From the human T2T-CHM13v2.0 reference genome, Homo sapiens: DNA of 64,000 nt. A model generated the notes under the pieces. That model did no database searches and was not told where the DNA came from. It worked only from the letters and a program-made list of their open reading frames with translations. The position numbers and the translations under genes are program-made. The stretch lies in assembly GCF_009914755.1 (NCBI RefSeq), contig NC_060926.1. One strand, given 5' to 3'. Below, one piece after another: positions 38,712 to 52,773 of this stretch. The stretch's first letter is position 1, and the number at the start of each line of letters is the position of its first letter.

Positions 38712-39460
38712 GTTCATTCAACATGTATGTATTGAGTGTGGATTTTCCTCTAGGCCCCTTTAGCCTTGAAACTATAGCCTTGAACAAAGCAGATGAACCC
38801 CTGTTTTCACTGGCATTTATATTCCAGTAAAGATTGACAGAGAATTAACAAATAAGTAAAATATGCTAAGCGAGATGTGTTATGGCCCCTGGAAGATGCA
38901 GAAGTGAGGAAGAAGGAAGAAGATTGTGGGCGTGGGGCTGCAACTTTAAATAAGGGATCATGGAAGGCCTCATGGAGAAGATGTAAATTGGTAAAAACCC
39001 GGAGGTGGGGAAGGAGAGAGCCATACAGGTTTCTGGGGGGACAGCATGCCAGGCAGAGGGTAAAGCAAGTGCAAAAGCCTTGAGATAGAAAGCTTCCCAT
39101 TCTGGAAGGAGCAGGAGGTCAGTGGGGCTGGTCAGAGTGTGTGCATAGGAGATGTGTTGTAGGAAATGGGTCAGAGAAATAGGTGGAAGCCAGGTCTCAC
39201 AGGATTTCAGAGACTGTTGGTGAGACACACGGAGGCTTCAAAGAGGAGTGGCATCATCTGGCTTTTTTTTTTTTTTCCACGATGATAGCACACTGCAGCC
39301 TCTAACTCCTGGGCTCAAGTCATCCTCCTGCTTCAGCCTCCTGAGTAGGCGAGACAACAGTGTACCATCAATGCCCAGCTGATCTGGCTAAATTTTTAAC
39401 AGGACATATCTGCCTGCAGAGCAGAGACTAGGCAAAAGATGGAAGAGCAGAAGTGACTTT
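38712..39460 (-). mobile_element. L2a with a FLAM/AluJ monomer (39263-39380)
   Basis: ttcattcaacatgtatgtattgag..ccaggcagaggg..gtgcaaaagccttgag. Confidence 0.8.
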
Positions 39461-39959
39461 GGAAGAGCTGATATTTTTTAATAATAAAATGATGTCATTC
39501 TTGGGCACCGTGTCCCTCAGAATCCTGAGGCTTATGGGCAGTCAGGGGAACTAGCATATCCTCAGCTATGTGCCTCACTTGTCAAATCTTTGCCTGCTCC
39601 TGCAATCTCACAAAGTCTTGCATCCTCTGAACCTTGTTAGTGCCCATTCCTCTGTTGTCTTTATGTCTTCTTCCCTAGGACTTGTCCTTAAAGCATCTTG
39701 CTTATGTATCTGCCTCCAACTTGGAGATCCTTTTGCCCTGATGCTTGTGGAACCACATTCCATTTGAGAAGAGGGCTTTTCTTTGTATTTGCCTAACCAT
39801 GAATTCTATTTGGCTGTATATGGACACAGCTGTCTTTCTCCTCAATGTGAGTTTAGGTTCAGAGGACTAAGATGTGATGTCCAGTCAAAAACTGGGTTAT
39901 GTAGTGGTGTACCTAGTTACAGATCAGAAGGTATCTTTGAATACAGGTTTTATGCTCCT

Positions 39960-40228
39960 AAATTTCTTTACCCTAAAAGGAGGCAGGGCCCTTGTGAGTG
40001 GATTAATGCCATTATTCCTGGAGTGGGTTCCTGATAAAGGGATGAGGTTTGGCCCTCTTCTTTCTCTTTCTCATCCTCACACCTCTGCCACCGGGTGATG
40101 CAGCACATGCTCTTGTCAGATGCCAGCACATGCTCTTGGACTTCCCAGACTCCACAAACATGAGTTTCTGTTCATTCTAAATTACCCAGTCTGTAGTTTT
40201 ATTCTATAGCGGTCTAAAACAAAGACAC
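39960..40228 (+). mobile_element. MST/MLT1-type LTR fragment
   Basis: tgctcttggacttcccagactcca..aattacccagtctgtag. Confidence 0.7.
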
Positions 40229-40479
40229 CCCTACATATAGAAATACTTTTTGTATCAGGACTGATGTCATTTGAATAAACACACAGGCTACACACTGCAC
40301 AGCTCTGGAGGGCATCGTTTATACAGGCTGGAATGAGGGTTGATATCTTTGGGATTAAACCCAAGGTGACCTAGATTATCTAAAAATTTGAAGCAAAATC
40401 TTTATAAATAAGTTACCTTTACTCTCCATGATGCATTGACATTATCCTATTTTCTCCTGTCCAATCCTGTCCTATCTTA

Positions 40480-40898
40480 ACTATCAGTCCATTTTGCATT
40501 GCTATAAAGGAATATATGAAACTGGGTAATTTATAAAGAAAAGAGGTTTATTTGGCTCTGCAGACTGTACAAGAAGCATGGTGCCAGCATCTACTTGGGT
40601 TTTGGGGAGGCCTCAGGAAGCTTTTTCTCATGGCAGAAGGTTAAACAGGAACAAGTGTGTCATATGGTGAGAGAGGAAGCAAAAGAAAGAGGAGGTGGTA
40701 CTGGGCTTCTACAAAAACCAGCTCCCATGTGAACTAATAGAGTGAGAACTCACTCATTACCGTAGGGAGGGCACCAAGCCATTCATGAGGAAGCCGTCCC
40801 CATGACAAACACCTTCCACCAGGCTTCACTTCCAACATCGGGGATCAGATCACATTTCAACATGAGATTTGGAGGGGACAAATATCCAAACCATATCA
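40480..40898 (-). mobile_element. MSTB-type LTR
   Basis: gcattgctataaaggaata..caacatgagatttggaggggacaaatatccaaaccatatca. Confidence 0.9.
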
Positions 40899-40949
40899 CT
40901 AACCTATGCTATCCTATTCCATCTCCTTCCATTTAATAAATGATGGTCA

Positions 40950-41224
40950 AGCCAGGCATGGTGGGTCATGCCTGTAATCCCAGTACTTTGGGAGGCTGAG
41001 GCGGGCAGATCACTTGAGGTCAGCAGTTTGAGACCAGCCTGGCCAACATGGCAAAAACCCATCCTACTAAAAATACAAAAACTAGCCTGGTATGGGGTCG
41101 TGTGCCTGTAGTCCCAGCTACTCAGGACGCTGAGGCACGAGAATTGCTTGAAGCTGGGAGACAGAGGTTGCAGTGAGCTGAGATTGCACCACTGCACTCC
41201 AGCCTGGTTGACAGAGAGACTCTG

Positions 41225-41257
<33 letters not shown>
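40950..41257 (+). mobile_element. AluS
   Basis: Full Alu with a long A tail; TSD gat(g/a)gtcaa. Confidence 0.95.
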
Positions 41258-41258
<1 letters not shown>

Positions 41259-41274
41259 ATAGTCAAGACCCACT

Positions 41275-41985
41275 GCATAGGGTCCAATCAGGGAAGCAGA
41301 GCCACCATGAGTATTATAGAATATGAGATTGCTTATAGGGCTTGTTACTTTTACACAGTTACACAATTACAATTGTGGTGCCTGGGAAGCTTTGCTTAAC
41401 TGGAGAAGTAAAGGTCTGAAAGAGGACAGTGATTCAGAACTACACAGGGGAGAAGTGGACAAGTCTGAGGAAAGCTGTCGCCTCTTCAGCTATTGAGGTC
41501 CTGAGGTGGTGGTTGTGGGCCCGCAGAGCAGGCAGCTGGGAACAAACACTGGACATAAGGTGGAGAAGGAGAAAGACTGGAACTCATGGAGATAAGCGAG
41601 AGAACACCCTGGAGCCTGGTCTGTCTCTCATGGAATCTAACTTTGAAGATGTGTTTGAACAGCAGAAAACTCATCTTGGAACTATATACATGTCTGGCCT
41701 GGGAGCACCGAAAGAGATTATCTGGCAGGTGCTGGGGGAGCTGCAGGCCAGGCTGCTACCCCGTGCAATCCCGCGTTAACAGGCTGAGCCGACACATCAG
41801 TGACAATGCGCATAATCCGCTGCTGTGTTGGGGCCGTATGTTGAGCTTCTGACCGTCATGGCAGCGGCTTCATGTCAATTTCCACATCTTGCACAGATTT
41901 CTCTTACAGCCAGCTCCAATCTGGTGTCATACATGGAAGGGAAATTTGGAAAATAGGGGTCTAGTTTACATAAGATTACAGTACA
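41275..41985. mobile_element. Old LTR-like element (family uncertain)
   Basis: agggtccaatcagggaagcagagccacc..ggaagggaaatttggaaaataggggtc, typical of ancient LTR ends. Confidence 0.4.
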
Positions 41986-42016
41986 AAATCAGCCCCTCCA
42001 ATAATGAGGTAGCTTC

Positions 42017-42200
42017 AGTGATGTGCTGGAGCCAGCTTGAACCAGCTCGTGGGAGCCAGTTGTTAAATTTTCAGGAATTTTGCTAGCCTGTAGTTAAGCA
42101 CAACCATTGTTAAGGTTCAGTTATCTGAACTTATAATTATGCTAAAAGCAAGGACAATACAATACTCCAAACTCACGCTAATACTTTCAGTTTTGTCTAT
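42017..42200 (+). mobile_element. MER63 (hAT-Blackjack) fragment
   Basis: cagtgatgtgctggagccagc..gttaaattttcaggaattttg. Confidence 0.8.
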
Positions 42201-42209
42201 TGTATCTTA

Positions 42210-43535
42210 ATGATGGGTAGCAAAGTCTTGGCTCAATTCTTCCAGGTTCCAGCTGCTACGTTTTCTGTTGGCTTACTGGGGTCTCACCCATACATTTGAA
42301 GTTTACTAGTCAGCCAGACATTTGGAGGATAATTACATGTAGATTCTGGGGTATGCTTTCTCCCAGGATTTTCCTTATACTTTTCTAGCTGTTCTATCAG
42401 ACTCTAAACTCTGTCTTCTAGCACTTCTTGCCAGAACAGCTACAATTTTCTGACCCTCAAAAGCTGTGCCCATGTATCGGGTGGTATCCATAGGCAAAAA
42501 GCCACAGACTCATACATGTTCCCTTCTAGGTTCCATCTTTCAAGGCTGGACATCCCTCCAGTTTCTGCTTGCATTAGCCTGGGCTCCAGGTGCCTTCCAT
42601 AGTCATTTTGTTTGGTTTTAACTGTATTTTATTTCTGAAGGAGACTTAGTCTGATCAAGCTACTTTGCCATTACCAGAAGCTGGATTATTTCTGGTTATT
42701 CTGGGAATTCTAGTTATTTTTAAATTGAGATTAGACTTTATGCCTGAAAACACCTGGACAATAGAATTGCTGAGAAGAAGTCTCCTATTAATTTTTTTAA
42801 AGTGGTAGGGCAGGTGTCTTTTACTTCTGGTAGGCTTTTAGATTTTCCTCTCATCCCTAATGTTTTGCAGTTTCACCACTGTGTGTCCAGGTGTGATTTT
42901 ATTTTAATTTTGTTTCTAAGAATTAATATATGGAATTGACTTAATTTTTCTAAATTAATTATGAACATGCAGTTTTAAGAAATAACACACAGACAACCTA
43001 TATACCCCTCACCCAGTTTCCCCCATGGTAACATCTTGTGTAACTATGTAGTATGATTTCACAACCAGGAGGCTGACATTGATAGGATCCATTGACCTTA
43101 CTCAGATTTCACCAGTTTTACATGCACTCATTTGTGTCTGTGTGTATTTTTTGTTCTATGCAATTTTGTCACCTGTAGATTCCTGTGATGTCACCACAGT
43201 CAGGATACAGAACAGTTTCATCCTAAGAATTTCTTTTGCTACCCTTTTATAGCACCACTTTCTAGTGACTGCCTACCACTAATCTGTTTGTTATTTTTTT
43301 TTTTACAATTTTAAAAATTGATGCATAATAGATGTACATAGTTTTGGGGGTGCATGTGATAATTTAATACTTTCATATAATTTGTAAAGATCAAATCAGT
43401 GCACTTGGGATATTCATCACCTTAAATATTTGTCATTTCCTTATGCTAGAAACATTGAATTATTCTCTTCTAGTTACTTTGAAATGTACAATAGATTATT
43501 ATAAACTATAGTTGCCCTACTGATCTACAGAACAC
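42210..43535 (-). mobile_element. Nested old L1 fragments
   Basis: cacccagtttcccccatggtaacatcttg (L1MC-type); L1MA-type 3' end at 43290-43535. Confidence 0.7.
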
Positions 43536-43539
43536 TCTT

Positions 43540-44540
43540 ATTTTTTTGTTTTCTATCTGTATAAATTTATTTCAAAAACATTAAAGAACATTAAAAAGTT
43601 ATGCATTATGTCGCCTTTGCAAAATATTTAACAAAATATTTAATAAAAATAAAAAATTTAAAATATTTAAATAAGTCTCAGTGGGACGGTTGATCTGAAG
43701 CAACTTAATTTGCCATGTCTGGGACTCGTCTTCAGAATTTGATTTAGTTTTCTGTGAACTAATATTAGAAACATGGCTTTTAATAATTTTCCTTTGCATT
43801 TCTCTCCTCTCAGTGTCTAAAAGAGACAAGCTTGAGCCCACTCAAACATTTTTCATGTTTGAATTGATTTTAAAAATGTGAGCCTTTTTTTAGTAGTGTT
43901 TTCTTCTGGAGGGAAGCATCCTTGGAGAAAAAAAGTGGAAAACATTCAAATAATCTTCACTATTTCTTGTAGATACCGCATATCATCTTCAGTTACCATG
44001 CTGGGTTCTCAATGAACCTTGCAAATTTCTGATGCTATCAGGATTTTCCGTTGCTCACTCAAGCTGTTGATTCTTGATTTAAAAATTCCTCTACTCATTG
44101 AGAATCTAAAGTGTATTCCTTGTTCAGTTTGGTTGTCTTAACTTGTAAACCTATATCTTTTATCATGATGCTGCTTTTGCTTTGTTCATTGTTCTCTAAA
44201 GTAAGTAGCTATATCTGCAGAGTGGGGCTTTCACAATAGCTTCTGAGATTGGCCCTCTGGCTTACTATATAGACTTCTGCTTGCCTGATGTTTTCTCACT
44301 GTTTTCTCATGTACATGTTAGAGGGATGAAGCTGCCTCTGGGAGCAAGTGGCTAACCTGCTGGGATTGCTTGCCTTTGGCATCCTGTGAGGTCAACCATG
44401 AAGTCACGACTTTCCAAGATTATAATGGAGCAATTGCTCATTTCCTCCATGTCCCCTCATCCTGTGTTACCAGGAAGCCCACAGACTGCCCAGGGACCAG
44501 GCTCATGGCTGGAAGTGGCAGCTTGAGGTTGGCCAGACCA
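43540..44540 (-). pseudogene. Decayed retrocopy-like segment, possibly from a cyclic-nucleotide-binding-domain gene
   Basis: Intronless frame of about 200 codons with about 6 stops, including EICKVH*EPSMVTEDDMRYLQEIVKII*MFSTF. It is followed by an AT-rich tail, AATAAA (about 43565-43572) and an A-rich stretch, and is embedded in L1 sequence. Confidence 0.45.
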
Positions 44541-44693
44541 CACCCTCACTATGATCTCCACAAATACTGTTTTTGGGATGTCTGTTACACAGATATTGGA
44601 GCCTCTCACTCTGTCCTCCATAAATCCTACCTGCTCTTCCATACATTCTTTTCTCTATGTATATGATGCATTCTGGGTGAATCTCTTGGTACC

Positions 44694-45051
44694 TCTATTA
44701 GTCCATTTCACACTGCTGATAAAGACATAGCCAAAAATGGGCACTTTACAAAAGAAAGAGGTTTAATGGACACACAGTTCCACATGGCTGGGGAGGCCTC
44801 ACAGTCATGGCAGAAGGTGAAAGGCATGTTTCATAGGATAGCAGACAAGAGAGGAAAGCTTGTGTAGGGAAACACCCCTTTTGAAAACCATCAGCTCTTG
44901 TAAGACTTATTCACTATCATAAGAAGAGCATGGGAAAGACCTGCTCCCATGATTCAATTATCTCACACAGGGTCCCTCCCACAACATGTGGGAATTATGG
45001 GAGCTACAATTCAAGATGAGATTTGGGTGGGGACACAGCCAAACCATATCA
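44694..45051 (-). mobile_element. THE1-type solo LTR
   Basis: ctgctgataaagacata..gggtggggacacagccaaaccatatca; TSD gtacc. Confidence 0.9.
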
Positions 45052-46166
45052 GTACCATATTCCAATTAAATAATTTTTCCCTATTGTGTCCAGTTTACAG
45101 TTTATCCCATTAACTGAGTTTACTTATTTCATTGATAATTTTTTTATTTTCCAAATTTATAATTTTTTATACTTATCTAACATTTTATAAATTTATTTTA
45201 TACTTTTATTGATGGAAGCCATGTTTTTATCATCTTAGATATCATAATTATACTTATTGAACACAATGCTTAATCATTAATTTCAGCTGGTGTGAACTCA
45301 CAGTCCTATTTTTAAAATGTTATTGACTGTTTTTCTTAGAGAATAGCTCCTTTGAGTTGGATATTTTCTTGCTTTTGTTCAGTTCTATTCTTTATTTGCT
45401 TTTCCCTGAGTCTCTTTTCTTATCTGCTAATTTCCTAGTTTTGCTCTTGCTTTCAGCCAGCCCCTAAAGCCTCCTGGCCTTAAGTAAATACCGTGATGGA
45501 TTTCAAGGACTTCTGTTCCATTATGATACTGGGAATATTATTTAAAATAACTAGAGGTAGCTAGGTTTAGTTTCTCATCTGGAGTTCACATTTTTGCCAA
45601 CCACAGAGAGAAGGTGGCCATAGAGTAAGTGGTCAGCTTAGTTCTTAGTCAGCAACCATGAGCTGGCTCCAAGATACCTTCTTGCTAAAGAACTTCTAGT
45701 GCTTGTTCCCCTGCAGTAGCCAGGTTACTATTCACCTATCTCTTGTGACCCTGAAGGCTAGGAGGCCCACAGCCTCTGCTCCTCTTATGACCTGGTATTT
45801 GTCTTTTGATTTGGTTCACAGAACTGTTTTCTTGGTTTTCAGTCCAGCTATAGTATTTGGGTTAACTCTTTCTGTATTTTACCATATTGCTGGGGTTTGG
45901 CACAGAGAGTATGGTCTTAGCAAGGATACCTAATCTCTCTAGATAATCTGAAAAACTGGGATGATAGTAATGTTCTTTACTTTGTAGGGTTGTGTTAAGA
46001 ATCAAATCAGTTAGTGCATATAAAACGCTTGGCACATAGTTATTTTTACCATAGTATAAATAATACCTAGCACAAAGTACATGGTTGATAAATATTTATA
46101 GGGTAGAGTGGATTCGTTTAATACAAACAAATGTATGAGGCTCTCCTGGTTACATCTGATAATGAT

Positions 46167-46560
46167 TGTATTAGTCAAGGTAAGCTAGGTTATGCTGCAG
46201 CCACTAACAACTTCTGAATCTTAGTAGTTTATAACAACAAAGGTCTGTTTCCGACTCTCACTGCCTGCCCATCACAGAAAAGTTGGGCTTTGCTCTGCTC
46301 TATTTTTATCCATACTCTGGGTTCCAGGTCTTTGGAGGAGTCGCTTGCTGGAACACTTAGACACTATGGTAGTAGGAAAAGAGAATGGCCCTTAGCACTT
46401 CCTCGGCAAAGTGGCAATTGATGATACTGCTCACATTCTTACCAAAACAAGTAATGTGATCATTTGTTCGGTGGGGCCAGAGATGCAATTCTACCATGTG
46501 CCCACAAGGGGAGAACTGAATATTTGTAAGCATCGTGATGATTTCTGCAATGATCACCAT
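46167..46560. mobile_element. MLT1J/K-like LTR
   Basis: tgtattagtcaaggtaagctaggttatgctgcag. Confidence 0.7.
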
Positions 46561-47669
46561 GAATAAACATTGACTGGATGCTTACTTGAAGTAAGGTATT
46601 GTACTAGTCTACAAAGAGGTGGAAGTAACTTTTAACAACAGGACTCTTTTGATAATAGCACCTTTATCCTTACTCAAGAATAAAATTTTTAGTAGTTGGT
46701 GACAAGTATAAATTCCTGGCTATAAGAAAAGAGACATGATCGCGGTCTTGGCAAAAATACCATTCCAGTGCAATAACACATTTGTTATAAAGTCTTGGAA
46801 CTATATGATCTGTTGAAATATTTATGGTTGAATTTAACTCTTTGAAATAAAAACACATCTCATACAGTGACAGATACAAGGTATGGCCATAAACTAGAGT
46901 CTTAGAGAAAACAATGCATCTTATGGTAAATGATTAGATGCATGCAGTAATTGCTGTAAGCATACCTACTCCAAATTTTCCCGTGTACCACCTGCAATCC
47001 TTGCTACAAAATGAAATCATTACCAGCTCAGTAAAAGAATGATTAATATTTTTGTGAAGTGGGTTTCTCATATCCTTGGCCTTTCTGCTATGTTGCTATA
47101 GCCTCACTTTGAGCTGAGGAAAGAGAACTGTTGGTGTATTGGGTTAAATGCTTTTATTTTAAAATCTAATTTTCTCTTCAAAGATACCTCGTAGACACAT
47201 CATGTGCATGCTTTAAGGCTGCAGGTACCTGTGAAGTTTCCTCATTTTTATAACTAAAGGTTTTTAAGTCTAGTAAATTAAACTTCAAGAAATAAAATGA
47301 GAACTCAGTTAATAAGCTGACAGTCTGCCCATTGAAATTGCTGGAGGCTTTTTAGGTTCTAATGTACTAATTTCATTTCCTTACTAGTGTTTGCAATTTG
47401 GCTGGTCTTAGAAGCAGATTTGGTTTAAATTGAAGGTGGGAAAGGAAAGAGATGATGTTCTAACATAAAATAAGAGCATTTACTTGTCATTTCACCCTTA
47501 CAGATTTATTGTTCTGGATTTTTAATTTACCTTTTGGTCTTTGAATTCAAAGTAAATATCCTGCAGAATATGATTTAATAACAATATATGATCTACTGTC
47601 TTTAAGGGAGTTATTGGCAGCCAAAAGAGGAGGACACTGTGGGAATAAGACAAAGACCAGGCTTCTGGA

Positions 47670-47953
47670 TGTATATATAGTGTGTGTATGTATGTATGCA
47701 TATAACATGAATGTGTATAATTAAGTTTGCATGTGTATAATTAAGTTTGAATGTATGCAATGGGTGTGCAAGAATGCATGTAAGTTTGTATGTATGTAAT
47801 GCATGTGTGTATGTATGGACATACACGTGTGTAATTGTATGCAATGTAAATGTTATGTGTTCATATATAATGTAAGTGCAACATATAATGTATATATACA
47901 TGTGATGTGTATATGTACGTATGCATGTAGTTTCGTTTGTATATATATATATA
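47670..47953. repeat. TG/TA-rich low-complexity tract
   Basis: Direct reading. Confidence 0.85.
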
Positions 47954-48259
47954 CAGAAATACATCTATCATTGGATCCCATTGAAGCTCTGCTTTTGCAG
48001 GATGTGACATATTTAGTTTTCAGCATCAGATGTCTCTAATTTAATTTTCATTTTAAAGTTGCTTTTGATGTTCTAATTCTTTTGTATTTCTACATACATT
48101 TTATAAGCAATTCGTCAATTTGTACGTAATAGCTTGTTGGGATGGAGTGGAGTTGCATTACAGCTATAGGTTTAATGAAGCCATTAAATGAACCAAAAGT
48201 TGACTTTGTTGGAAAGTTTTTAACTATAAATTCAGTTTCTTTTTTTTTTAATTATTAGT

Positions 48260-48546
48260 ATTTTTTGAGACGGAATCTTGCACTGTCTCCCAGGCTGGAG
48301 CGCAGTGGCGCAATCTAGGCTTACTGCCAGCTCCACCTCCCAGGTTCATGCCATTCTCCTGCCTCAGCCTCCCAAGTAGCTGGGACTACAGGCACCCACC
48401 ACCATGCCTGGCTAATTTTTGTATTTTTAGTAGAGACAGGGTTTCACTGTGTTAGCCAGGGTGGTCTTGATCTCCTGACCTCGTGATCTGCCTGCCTTGG
48501 CCTCCCAAAGTGCTGGGATTACAGGTGTGAGCCACCGCACCTGGCC
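48260..48546 (-). mobile_element. AluY-like
   Basis: ttcatgccattctcc, cactgtgttagccagg. Confidence 0.9.
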
Positions 48547-48669
48547 AGTTTGTTTAAAAGATACGTAAGTGTTCAAGTTATTTCTGAGCTAGATTTGATA
48601 GTTTTTATCTTTCAAGGAATTTGTCAAATTTATTGACATAGGATTTCGTAATATTCTTTTTATTCTTTT

Positions 48670-50330
48670 CTAACAGCTTGAGATAGAATTTGTATACCAT
48701 ACAATTCAAGTAAAGCATACAATTTAATGGTTTTTAGTATATTCGCGGACATATACAACCATCACCTCAGTCAATTTTAAAACATTTTCATCACCTCAAA
48801 GGGAAACCCCATGACCTTTAGTTATCACCACCCTATACTCCCCATCTTAGCCCTGAGCAACACCAACTCCTTTTTGTCTCCTTACTTGGGACTTCTACAT
48901 GAATGGAATCATATAGTATGTCATCTTTTACAACCAACTTCTCTCACTTAGCATATCATTTTCAAGATTCATAAGTATTGTAGCCTACATCAGTAGTTTA
49001 CTTCTTTTTTTTGACCAAATCATATTTCATTGTATGGATATACCACATTTTGTTTATCTGTTCGCCTGTTGATGGGCACAGCTTGTTTTCACCTTTTGTC
49101 TATTTCAGTAGTATTGTTACAAATATTCATGTACAAGCTTTTGTGTGGACATATGCTATTAATTCTTTCTTTGGATATATGACTGGGAGTGAAATTGCTG
49201 AGTCATATGGTGACTTTTTACTTAATCTTTTGATAAACTGCTAGATTGTTTTCCAAAGCAACTTTGCGATTTTACGTTCTCACTAGCAGTGCTGAGGGCT
49301 CCAATTTTCCCATAATCTCACTAACATTTGTAATTATCTGACTTCTTTATTGTAGCCATCCTAGTGCTAGTTGAAGTGATACCTTACTGTGGTTTTGACT
49401 TGCGTTTCCATGATGACTAATGATGTTGAACATCTTTTTATATGCTTATTGGCTATTTGTGCATCTTCCTTGAAGAAATGTATATCCAGGTCCTTTGCCC
49501 ATTTTAAATCTGTTTTTTTCTTTTTATTATAGATTTTTAAAAGTATTTATATGAGTATATCTTAGATTATTTAATAATATTTTTATTGTTGAGTTGTTCT
49601 TTTGAATCCTGTATATACTCCAGATACAATTCCCTGATCAGATATATGGTTTGGAAATATTTTCTCTCATTTTGTGAATTGTCTTTTTATTTTTTTGATG
49701 GTATCCTTTCAGGTAATAAGTTTTCCATTTTGATGAAGTCCAGTTTATCTATTTTATATTTTGTTGCCTGTGCTTGTAGAGTCATATCCAAAAAATTATT
49801 GCCAAATTCAATGTCATGAAGATTTTTCCCTATTTTCTTTTAAGAGTTTTATAGGTTTGGCTCTTACATTTAGGTCTTTGAGCCATTTTAAGTTACGTTT
49901 TGCATATTATATAAAGTAAATCTCCAAGTTTGTTCTGCAGGTAGCTATACAAATGACTCAGTGCATTTGTTGAAAAGACTATTGCTTCCCAATTGAATGG
50001 CCTTGGCACCCTCATCAAAAATCGGTTAACCATAGGTGTATGGGTTTATTCTAGACTCTGAATTCTATTTCACTGATCTACATGTCTATTATCATGCCAA
50101 TACTACACTGTCTTGATTACTGTTGCTTTATTCTAAGTTTTGGAATTGAGAAGTATACATTGTTCTATTTTGTTCTTCTTTTGCAAGAGTGTTTTTGCCA
50201 TTCTGGGACCCACCCATGAAATTCCACATGAATTTTAACACTGGCTTGTTAATTTCTATAAAGAAGCTCCCTAGGACTCTAATAGATATTGCCTTGAGTC
50301 TGTAGATCAATTTGGGAAGTACTGGCATCA
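48670..50330 (-). mobile_element. L1MA/MB element (3' UTR and ORF2 end)
   Basis: ORF 50128-50328 (VLPKLIYRLKAISIRVLGSFFIEINKPVLKFMWN) is L1 ORF2; the element resumes after the MST provirus. Confidence 0.9.
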
Positions 50331-52773
50331 GTGTTAGTCCATTTTTATGTCACTATAAAGCTATATCTGAGACTAGGTAATTTATAAAGATAAAAGTTTT
50401 AATTTGCTAATGGTTCTGCAGGATGTACAAGCATGACAACATCTTGGCTTCTGGTGAGGACCTAAGGAAGCTTACCATCATGGTGAAAGGTGAAGCAGGG
50501 GCAGGTAGGTCACATAATGAGAGTAGGAATGAGAGAGAGAGAGAGGAGAGAGAGAGGTGAGGTGCCACACTGTTTTAAATAACCAGTGCTCCCATGAACT
50601 CAGAGTGATAATTCCTTGTGATCACAAGGACCACACCAAACATTCATGAGGGATCCACTCCTGTGACCCAAGCACCTCCCACCAGGCCCCACCTCCAACA
50701 CTGGAGATTACGTTTAAATATGAGATTTGGAGGGGACAAACATCCAAAGTATATCATTCCACCCTGCTCCTGCCAAATCTCGTGTTCTTCTCACAATGCA
50801 AAATATAATCATCCATTCTCAATAGTTCCCCAAAGTCTTAATTCGTTTCAGTTTTAATTTGAAAGTCCTAATTCCCAAGTCTCATCTGGAGATTTTTTTT
50901 TTTTTCCCCCCACTAAGAGCCTATAAAACTGAAACAAGTTATGTTCTTCCAAGAGACAATGCAGGTACCAGCATTGGGTAAACATTCCTGTTCCAAAAGG
51001 GAGAAATTCACCTAAAGAAAGGGGCTATAAGTCCCATGCAAGTTGGAAACCCAGCAGGGCATTTATTAAATCTTAAAGCTACAAAATAATCTCCTTTGAC
51101 TTCACATCCCACATCCAGAGCACAGTAGTGTCAGAAGTGGGCTCCCAAGGCCTTGGGCAGCCCTGCCCCTGAGGCTTTGCAGGGTCAGCCCCTGTGGTTG
51201 TTCTCACTGGCTGGTGTTGAGTGCCTTGGCTTTTCCAGGTGCAAGCTGTTGGTGGATCTCTATTCTGGGGTTTGGAAGATAGTGGCCCTCTTCTCACAGC
51301 TACACTAGGCAGTGCCCCAGTGGGGACTCTGTGTGGGGACTCCAACCCCACATTTCCCCTCATCACTGCCTTACTAGAGGCTCTCTGTGGGAGCTTCCCC
51401 TATGGCTGGCTTTTGCCTGGGCACCCAGGATTTCCCATACCTCCTCTGAAATCTAGGGGGAAGCTGCCAAGCTTCTTTCATGCTTATATTCTGTGCAACT
51501 ATAGGCTTAACACCATGTGGAAGCCACCAAGGCTTATGACTTGTGCCCTTCAGAACAGAGACACAAGCTGTACTGGAGGCCCTTTGAGCCTCAGCTGTAG
51601 CTAGAGCCGCTGGGATTCAGGAAACAGTGTCCTGAGGGTGAGCAGGGCAACAAGGCCCCAGACCTGACCCCTGAAACCATTCTTTCCTCCTAGGCCTCTG
51701 GGCGTGTGATGTAATGTGTTGTCTCTAAGATCTCTGAAATGTTTCCACAGCCTTTTTCCCATTGTTTCGGATATTAGCACTTGACTCTCTTTTAGTCATG
51801 CGAATCTCCTTAGCAAATGGTTGCTACATAGCCTACTTACATTCCTTTTCTGAAAATGGTTTTACTTTCTGTGCCACATGGCTAGGCTGAACTTTTATGC
51901 TCTGCTTCCAACTTTAAGTCATTTCTTTGCTTCTGTATCTGATCATAGGTTGTTAGAAACAGTCCAGCCACATCTTGAATGCTTTGCTCTTTATAAATTT
52001 ATTCCATTAGATACCCTAAGCCATCACTCTTAAGTTCAAACTTCCATAGATCTCTGGGACATGGACATAAATGCAGCCAAGTTCTTTGCAGGGATGTAAC
52101 AGGGGCGACCTTTACTGTAATTTCTAATAACTTCTGCATTTCCATCTGAGAATTCATCAGCACAGCCTTCACTGTTCATATCTCTGTCAGCATTTTGGTC
52201 ACAACCGTTTAACCAATCTTTAAGAAGTTCCAAATATTCCCTCATCTTGCCATCTTCTTCTGAGTCCTCCAAACTCTTCCAGCCTCTGCCTGTTACCCAG
52301 TTGCAAAGCTGCTTCCATATTTTCAGGTATCTTGACAGCAACACCCCACCCCTTGGCAGTAATTTTCAGTGTTAGTCCATTTTTTCATTACTATAAAGGA
52401 ATACCCGAGACTGGGTAATTTATAAAGAAAAGAGATTCAGTTGGATCACAGTTGTGCAGACTGTACAAGCATGACACCACCATCTGATTGGCTTCTGATG
52501 GGGGTCTTAGGAAGCTTATAATCATGGTAAGGCAGGCACATCACATGGTGAGAGTGGGAGCAAGGGAGAGAGAGGGTTGAGGTGCCACACATTTTTAATC
52601 CATCCGATCTTGCAAGAACTTAGAGCAAAATCTCATTATCACAAGGACAGCACCAAGCCATTCATGAGAGATCCACTGTATGACCCAAACACCTTCCACC
52701 AGGCTCCACCTCCAACATTAGAGATTACATTTCAGCATGAGATTTGGAGGGGACAAACATCCAAACTGTATCA
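50331..52773 (-). mobile_element. Full-length MST MaLR element (LTR-internal-LTR)
   Basis: LTRs at about 50331-50757 and 52369-52773 flank a MaLR internal region (ggcagtgccccagtggggactctgtgtgggg..). Confidence 0.9.
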
